This document shows, piece by piece, positions 1 through 5,775 of a stretch of DNA of 5,775 nucleotides (its first letter is position 1; the number at the start of each line of letters is the position of its first letter). The DNA is taken from positions 1 to 5,775 of the forward strand of contig JADGIF010000629.1 of the NCBI GenBank assembly GCA_018985225.1, in the 5' to 3' direction. Source of the DNA: Amoeboradix gromovi X-113. Taxonomy: Eukaryota; Fungi; Sanchytriomycota. Below the pieces are notes generated by a model. The model worked only from the letters and a program-made list of their open reading frames with translations. It ran no database searches and was not told the DNA's origin. Both the position numbers and the translations under genes were made by a program.

Positions 1-26
1 GGATGAAAGAGTAAGAGAATAGCTGT

Positions 27-220
27 ACAGAATATTTATTTTTGAAATTTCGATACAAAAAGTTATTTATAAAAGTTGTTTATTTTCCTTTTATACTCGT
101 CAATTCCGCAACTAGCTGAATGTCCACTCGTCTCTTAAATCCATAAAATTAATAAAGCTGAAATAATGTGCCAAGTTGTTACAGAAAGTTGTCCAGTTTT
201 TATATTTGATGTCCCGTTTG
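27..220 (+). repeat. Left copy of a long imperfect inverted repeat bounding the window
   Basis: 27-42 (ACAGAATATTTATTTT) is the exact reverse complement of 5760-5775. 87-212 aligns to the reverse complement of 5759-5634 with 8 substitutions and 2 single-base indels (manual alignment). Similarity fades over 213-220. Bases 43-86 are absent from the right copy. Confidence 0.95.
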
Positions 221-264
221 GATATTTGCTTTAAAATAAAATGCGAAATAGGACAAACTCGGCA

Positions 265-347
265 GCTCCATTGGCCTAGCGGTTAAGGCATCGAGCTTAT
301 ATGACTAAGATTCTCGGGGATCACCAGTTCGAACCTGGTATGGAGCA
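265..347 (+). tRNA. tRNA-Ile (anticodon TAT) with a 10-nt canonical intron at 302-311
   Basis: Full cloverleaf. Acceptor stem GCTCCAT(265-271)/ATGGAGC(340-346), discriminator A347. D stem GCCT/AGGC. Anticodon stem TCGAG(291-295)/CTCGG(313-317). Loop CT-TAT-A followed by intron TGACTAAGAT after position 37. T stem ACCAG/CTGGT with TTCGAAC loop. No encoded CCA. Eukaryotic Ile-UAU genes typically carry introns. Confidence 0.95.
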
Positions 348-352
348 TTTTT
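348..352 (+). terminator. RNA polymerase III oligo-T terminator
   Basis: TTTTT directly after the tRNA discriminator base. Confidence 0.75.
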
Positions 353-422
353 AACACTTTGGATTTTCGTTTTCTCAAGATTGGCGGTTAACAAGGAGAT
401 TGAGATAAGAATTTTTATTACC

Positions 423-1040
423 TTAAAGAACCATATTATCATTGCAACCACGAAGCTTGAGTATTTTGGAAACGTGTTTTTTAATTTCAGTCCTCAATGT
501 TTTACCAAACTCATTTACAGCATCAATAGTAGAAACATTCTGGAGTAGAGAATCAATATGAACAGGTGTCTGAACATGAAAACCTAGTATCTTTTGATTT
601 GAAATAAACCAGGTAACTGTGACTCCTGATTGTTCCTCCATATAATTAGGATCTAGTAAAATGGTTGGAATTTCTGAATGCATATTTTGAATACCACTAT
701 TAAGCGAAAATATTAGGTCTTCCATGACAATTCCAGCGTCTGCAATAGCTAATGATACACAATTCACGCAACAAGCTAATTCACTACCATCTTTTTGGAG
801 TAATGTTATATCTATATGAGCAGGGTTTTGCATCCAAGGTAAGAACATACTTTCTATTTGCTTTAAATGTTCGTTGTTTGTGGGATTTGCTGTAAATTTA
901 GTTTCTAAACTAAACGTTACAGTTACCATTACTTTTGTTGAGCCCAATTGAAAATACGCGGATCCATCAGCCTCTGACATGCCTAGCTTGATTCCCATTT
1001 GTCTGTATTGATTTGGTAATCTTCCGTCGATGCGATACAT
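423..1040 (-). CDS. RRP41: Exosome core RNase PH-like subunit, Rrp41/Ski6/EXOSC4-like (divergent, shortened, 205 aa)
   Basis: N-terminal RIDGRxxxxxR, ADGSAYFQLGSTKV, IDITLLQKDGSELACCVNCVSLAIADAGIVMED and LDPNYMEE match RNase PH/Rrp41 motifs. The specific paralogue (Rrp41 vs Rrp46/Mtr3) is less certain than the family. Confidence 0.8.
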   Translation of the reverse strand: MYRIDGRLPNQYRQMGIKLGMSEADGSAYFQLGSTKVMVTVTFSLETKFTANPTNNEHLKQIESMFLPWMQNPAHIDITLLQKDGSELACCVNCVSLAIADAGIVMEDLIFSLNSGIQNMHSEIPTILLDPNYMEEQSGVTVTWFISNQKILGFHVQTPVHIDSLLQNVSTIDAVNEFGKTLRTEIKKHVSKILKLRGCNDNMVL

Positions 1041-1461
1041 TTCAAAGGAGGTTCCCCATTTTTTGCAATAAACTCATATCTCTTTAAAATAAGTCAATCC
1101 ATACTTAACAGGGCATAACATCAGAAATTAGGGCATTCAAATTGAGAGATGACTTTTTCTTGAAATTAAATTTTCATCTTAATTAATTCTTGTATCTCAA
1201 CAACTCTTCAAGACACTTGACTTTCGAGAAAATCAAGGAATTTCAGCTGGAAAATGGGTAACCGGTCCCAAAATATTTTTGAGTGCAAGTTAGATGTGTG
1301 ACTGTTAAAATTTCCAAGAATACTTTGGCAGTTGACACTAAAACCAAAAGATGTAATCAATCCCAATATCGGCGTGGGTTGGAATGAATTTTTAAAAAAC
1401 ACATGGTTTTCGAATTTCCATGCCAACAGAACGCGACATAATCCACTTTTCAGAATTCCAC

Positions 1462-2586
1462 ATGATTTTCGTTGAAAAGTGTTCAGTTTTGATATTTATC
1501 CTCGCACAAGTTTACGGGGTAGTTCTTGATGACTGTGATAATGTTATTTATTTAGCGAAAAGCTTAAACGTGGACATTAAACAACCAGCGCTAATGTCTC
1601 AAATAACTACAGACTGCTGCAACTCAGTAGGGATAAAGTGCAACACAAGATATGTCTTTGAAATTGACTGGAGAGGACTAGGTTTAAACGGATATTTAAA
1701 CTCTAGTGCTATTCCGTCAAAAATACTGCGGTTAGATCTTGGAGCTTATTATACTAAAACTAATAACATATCTGGTACTATAGACACTTTGCCTAGTAGC
1801 ATTACGGATTTTTGGGCGGATTCAAATCGGCTAAATGGGACAATTCCAGAGTTACCTGTGACAATGAAACTTTTTGTGGTAGATAACAATAGGTTGTCTG
1901 GAACATTGCCCAGGCTTGAACATTTGGATAATTTGGTTGCATTATCGGCAGATTACAACAATCTTGGCGGTGATATTCCTGTTTTGAACTCAGCCTTGCA
2001 GTATTTATCGGTCAGAAGCAACATAAACTCTGATAATAGGTTTTCAGGAAGTATAATAATGGATAAACCCATAATGTTAGCCATAACTTACAATTGGATC
2101 GCAGATGTGGTATTTGGTGACACTAGCCTTCTAGAATATTGTGATTTGTCTTACAATCCCTTATTAGACCTAAGCGGTAATTTCACTTTTTCAAAATGTA
2201 TTAAAATGGGACTTTACCGTGCGTCTTCAGTACCTTTTACAATTTCGTCAAAACTGGATGTCTCAATGATGTCTGATCTCAGAATGGCCAGTAAAACAAC
2301 TTTTTCTTTGATGAATCCGGCCACAAGTCTAAGTTCTTTCTCAGAAACTCATTGTGCTACTACTGCCGCAGAAACTAATATTTTATCAGAGGTGTACATA
2401 CCAAGCATCGGTGGCATTCTCGTATACGTACTTTTTGCAGGACTAGTTTTTCTGGCTTTGTTAATTCTGCTTTTAGCAAGTTTGACAAGAAAGCCTGAAT
2501 TCATATCAAAATTTGGAAGAAAAAATAGTTTTGCAACGTTAAACACGGTGAACACAACTCGAACAGGGCAGAATGTAGCCAAATAA
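1462..2586 (+). CDS. Type I single-pass leucine-rich-repeat receptor-like membrane protein (ORF is open from 1420; ATG 1462 preferred)
   Basis: From 1462: signal-peptide-like MIFVEKCSVLIFILAQVYG; Cys cap DCCNSVGIKC...VFEIDWRGLGLNG; about 6-7 LRRs with NxLxGxIP motifs (NNISGTID, NRLNGTIP, NRLSGTLP, NNLGGDIP, NRFSGSI, CDLSYNPL); Ser/Thr-rich stalk; hydrophobic helix at 2407-2484; basic 33-aa tail with no kinase domain. Confidence 0.88.
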   Translation: MIFVEKCSVLIFILAQVYGVVLDDCDNVIYLAKSLNVDIKQPALMSQITTDCCNSVGIKCNTRYVFEIDWRGLGLNGYLNSSAIPSKILRLDLGAYYTKTNNISGTIDTLPSSITDFWADSNRLNGTIPELPVTMKLFVVDNNRLSGTLPRLEHLDNLVALSADYNNLGGDIPVLNSALQYLSVRSNINSDNRFSGSIIMDKPIMLAITYNWIADVVFGDTSLLEYCDLSYNPLLDLSGNFTFSKCIKMGLYRASSVPFTISSKLDVSMMSDLRMASKTTFSLMNPATSLSSFSETHCATTAAETNILSEVYIPSIGGILVYVLFAGLVFLALLILLLASLTRKPEFISKFGRKNSFATLNTVNTTRTGQNVAK

Positions 2587-4086
2587 ATCATGAATTGATT
2601 TCAAAATAAACTTTATTAAAGCAGACGTCATTGATCATTGAAAATGTCTGTCAATAACCTAGAGGTCATTTAGGCATATTTCTCTTTATTTTGACCCTCG
2701 TTGTACTGCTTGACGTCCATCTGTAAATGCTAAAGAGAATAAAGCAGATATTGTTAGTAACTCTAGACTGAAACACACTTTCTATTGATTCTGAAAGACT
2801 TGGCTGACAATGTAGCGAAATAAGTGATGTGCCGTATCTTTGACGTATAGAAAATGTGATAAATTACAGCAAATTTTTTCGTACTATGCTAGTTCTAAAA
2901 GTTCGTTTAGAATAGTTTGCATAAATTTTGCAGAGTGTGATCAATATATGAAGCCCATTCTGGCAAAATGTTTTCATCTCTAAGTAGCAGAAACACCTAA
3001 AAAGAGCACTACGAATCTGACATCTTCATGTTATCAGATACGAAGGTTTATCAGAAATAAAAAGCGAAGTACTTTGGAGACGACAGACAAAAGAAAGACA
3101 TTCAGATCCTGCCTTGTTTGTGAACGAAACGACATTACAACATCAAGATAGAATATGAAAACAGTTATCGGCTGAGATCTTGCAGCATATGCTCAAGTGC
3201 TAATCAGCCAAGCTATTTTGAAAGATACGTTGCCAATGCATTTTAATATTGAAACTATAAAAAGTTGTTTAATAACCTGAGTTGCATCATGAAAGGTCTC
3301 TTTGATCTCTGGTACTGTATTAGTTACACTAAAATTGTATATCAGCGATTTAAGCATGCAAGTAACAAACCGGAACGAAAGGTGAGAGAATTGCTAAATA
3401 TTACACACCTAATTAAATTCTTAATCTCAATTGTCAAAATCTTGGTTTCCCTGAGAAATTCACAAAGCGTTTAATTATTTACTTACTTTTTCACTACTTT
3501 GAGACTGAATTGAGTAGGACGCATACATTTGAAGTGGTCTCTTTACTTTGAATGTCAATTTGCGCATGTCTCCAAATTGGTGTTAGTTGCAGTCCTACAA
3601 ATTGAACACTTTTAACCAAGTTCCTAATTGGATTACACCAATGGCATTCCTATATTTTGTGCTTGAGCTTGAAGCGGTAATTAGCAGAGGAATGAGGGTC
3701 TATCAAGGATTTTAGCTATTCCTTATTGAATTTCTTGATACGAGATATTTTAAGAATATCTACAGAGAAGCAGAATAAGTGAGCACATCGGCCATCTTGC
3801 TACTATATTACTTGTCGAAATTCCTACCTCATGAAATGCGTTTTACTGAAAAATCTCATTTGATAATTTCAATGAGTTAAACAGAATCTTCTCTTGAGTT
3901 TTGCTGATTACCTTTACAGTTTATGTCTGGTTCACTTTATTTTTTTCAGGCAAGTAGAAAAAGATAATATCATGTTTTCCATTGAACGTTTCTAGAAATA
4001 TAGTCTACTGTAGGTAGTGAGATCAATGTAATCATAGCAAATGGTTTATTCGTTAAAGTGCATTTTAACTTTAACTTTTTTGTAAC

Positions 4087-4515
4087 ATGTCCTATTTATT
4101 GTATCAGCTTACAAATGCATGGCAAGTCGATCAGGCAATTGTATCTGAAGAGAGCAAATTAGTAGTGCTACGGTTTGGACATAATGAGCATCCTGATTGT
4201 CTAATAATGGATGATATATTAAGTTCCATAGCAGAAAGAATAAAATTATTTGCTGCTATATATTTGGTAGACACACGGCAAGTGCCGGACTTCAACGATA
4301 TGTACGAGTTGATTGACCCATTTTGCATAATGGTATTTTTTAGAAATCAGCATATCAAAATTGATTTAGGAACCGGAAATAACAATAAAATCAACTTTGT
4401 CATTAACGATAAACAAGAGCTAATTGATATTTTAGAGCTGTGTTATCGCGGTGCTTATAAGGGTAAGGGATTAGTAGTATCTAACAAAGACTATTCTTCC
4501 AAATTTGAATATTAG
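4087..4515 (+). CDS. DIB1: Spliceosomal U5 snRNP thioredoxin-like protein Dim1/Dib1 (TXNL4A), 142 aa, intronless
   Basis: Canonical length and motifs WQVDQAI.SEE, RFGH, IYLVD...VPDFN.MYEL.DP, IDLGTGNNNKIN, YRGA.KG.GLVVS.KDYS. Confidence 0.97.
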   Translation: MSYLLYQLTNAWQVDQAIVSEESKLVVLRFGHNEHPDCLIMDDILSSIAERIKLFAAIYLVDTRQVPDFNDMYELIDPFCIMVFFRNQHIKIDLGTGNNNKINFVINDKQELIDILELCYRGAYKGKGLVVSNKDYSSKFEY

Positions 4516-4640
4516 TTTTTGAATTCATGCCTTTGGCATCAATAGCGCTAAATAAACTGTTTCCAGAATAGCCGACATTTAATTTGAGTTTTTCAAAATA
4601 GTTAAAATTGGAAATGATTATATAAATTTACTATGGTACT

Positions 4641-5577
4641 TTACAAGAAGTAGTCTGGTGTTCTTCTTGTAACCTGCGGCTCTCCCTTTCTTGGTGCTGG
4701 ATCAAATTGCAAAAACTCGTATTTCATCTTCTCGTCAAATTCCATGATTGCAGCTTGATTTCCACATCTATAACAATAATTAGGTGCCGAAAAGATAGTA
4801 ACTACGTTTCTGTCATGCGCCCATGCGTATCCTTCCATTACCAGTTGATGGGCTCTAGCCACCAGTGTTAAATTATTATTGTGGTTGAAGGCTTCACTAA
4901 TGTCTTGACCAAATGTGTATCCAGCACCTCTAGGAGATATTCCCCAGCCACATCTTTCATCAGGGTCGCTCCATAGTAAATCACACCTAAATAAAAATAA
5001 GATACATTGGTCCTTCGTGGGGAATTTCTTGAATTCTGTCCAGGGATTTGATGTGATCTAACAAATCAATAGAAGGTGATAGCCCACCATGCAAACAGAA
5101 TATCTGATCTTCTACCAACGCAGTTAATGGCAAATAATCGAACAAATCGGTAAAGTATTTCCAAACATTTGCGTTGCCATATTTTCGTAAGCACTCATCA
5201 TAAAAGCCATAGACTTGCGTAATCTGTCTGGATTCATGATTACCGCGGAGTATAGTGATACGGTGAGGGTATCTTACTTTCAAGCTAACTAACAAAGAAA
5301 CAGTTTCAACGGAATAATATCCTCTGTCAACGTAGTCACCCATGAACAAGTAGTTTGTATCAGGAACGAGGCCGCCAATTTTAAACAGTTCCAACAGATC
5401 GTGCAATTGACCGTGAATGTCACCGCATATAGTAACTGGAGCCTTGACTGGCTGGACATTGCTTTCCTCGATTAATATCTCGCGTGCCTTCTCACACAAA
5501 AACTTGACTTGATTCTCTTTAAGTAGCTGGCAGTTCATTAGCGTGGAAATACAAACCTCCAAATCTTGAGTATTCAT
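4641..5577 (-). CDS. PPP2CA: Serine/threonine protein phosphatase 2A catalytic subunit; two exons (5577-5006, 4986-4641), 305 aa
   Basis: PPP motifs GDIHG, GDYVDRG, RGNHE, SAPNY and the PP2A C-terminus RRTPDYFL. Removing 5005-4987 restores [31 protein letters not shown]. 572+346=918 nt, i.e. 305 codons plus a stop. Confidence 0.97.
4987..5005 (-). other. 19-nt spliceosomal GT-AG intron (phase 2) in PP2A-C
   Basis: CCA AT|GTATCTTATTTTTATTTAG|G TGT GAT. Excision restores the frame and the conserved sequence exactly, with no residue gained or lost. Confidence 0.92.
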
Positions 5578-5625
5578 AACTTTGATTCTTTTGTTTCAGA
5601 ATTGGAGGAGATTTAAATATAAAAA

Positions 5626-5775
5626 CACATGGAACATCAAATATAAAAACTGGACTAACTTTCAGTAATAACTAGGAACATTATTTCAGCTTTGTTAATT
5701 TATGGATTTAAGAGGTGAGTGGACATTCAGCTAGTTGCGGAGTTGACGAGTATAAAAGGAAAATAAATATTCTGT
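5626..5775 (-). repeat. Right copy of the inverted repeat (runs off the window end)
   Basis: Its reverse complement matches 27-42 and 87-220. The match continues to the last base of the window. Confidence 0.95.

Noticed and set aside
1-220. Terminal repeat as coding sequence, telomere or amplification fold-back artefact
   Set aside because: Only very short frames are present and the copies differ by frame-breaking indels; there are no tandem telomeric units; the copies are ~8% diverged with a 44-bp indel, unlike an identical chimeric inversion.
1082-1104. Possible 23-nt intron GTATGG...TTGAC...AAG upstream of Rrp41 (- strand)
   Set aside because: Splicing it links an upstream ATG only to the out-of-frame uORF, not to the Rrp41 frame.
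1208-1426. 72-aa ORF (-)
   Set aside because: No recognisable motif; lies in the AT-rich divergent spacer; likely spurious.
2349-2591. 80-aa ORF (-)
   Set aside because: Antisense shadow of the LRR gene 3' end.
3265-3474. 69-aa ORF (+)
   Set aside because: Starts at TTG, has no recognisable family, and this length is expected by chance.
3328-3770. Scattered U6 snRNA-like words: ACTAAAATTG (3328-3337), GGAACGA (3372-3378), TACAGAGAAG (3761-3770)
   Set aside because: They are not contiguous, the spacers lack GT-AG ends, and no ATTAGC or internal stem-loop follows the ACAGAGA box. Consistent with chance; an Rfam U6 cmsearch would settle it.
3855-3876. Small hairpin CTCATT...AATGAG
   Set aside because: Short AT-rich stem with no supporting context.
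4131-4328. 65-aa ORF (-)
   Set aside because: Antisense shadow of Dim1.
4641-4862. Separate 73-aa gene, or a frameshifted PP2A pseudogene
   Set aside because: It is part of PP2A exon 2; the GT-AG 19-mer explains the break exactly and all catalytic motifs are intact.

Overview
AT-rich eukaryotic nuclear DNA read in the standard genetic code. The source may be a fungus or other opisthokont with a compact genome (inference). From left to right it holds: an intron-containing tRNA-Ile(UAU); a shortened exosome RNase PH subunit (Rrp41-like, - strand); a single-pass LRR receptor-like membrane protein (+); a 1.5 kb region with no recognisable gene; spliceosomal Dim1/Dib1 (+); and the PP2A catalytic subunit (-). 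The PP2A gene is split by a GT-AG intron of only 19 nt, which is why the ORF track shows it in two pieces. The two ends of the window are diverged inverted copies of one non-coding element (27-220 vs 5626-5775, about 92% identical over the core). The copies differ by a 44-bp indel bounded by an 8-bp direct repeat, and each ends about 45-55 nt upstream of an inward-facing gene.
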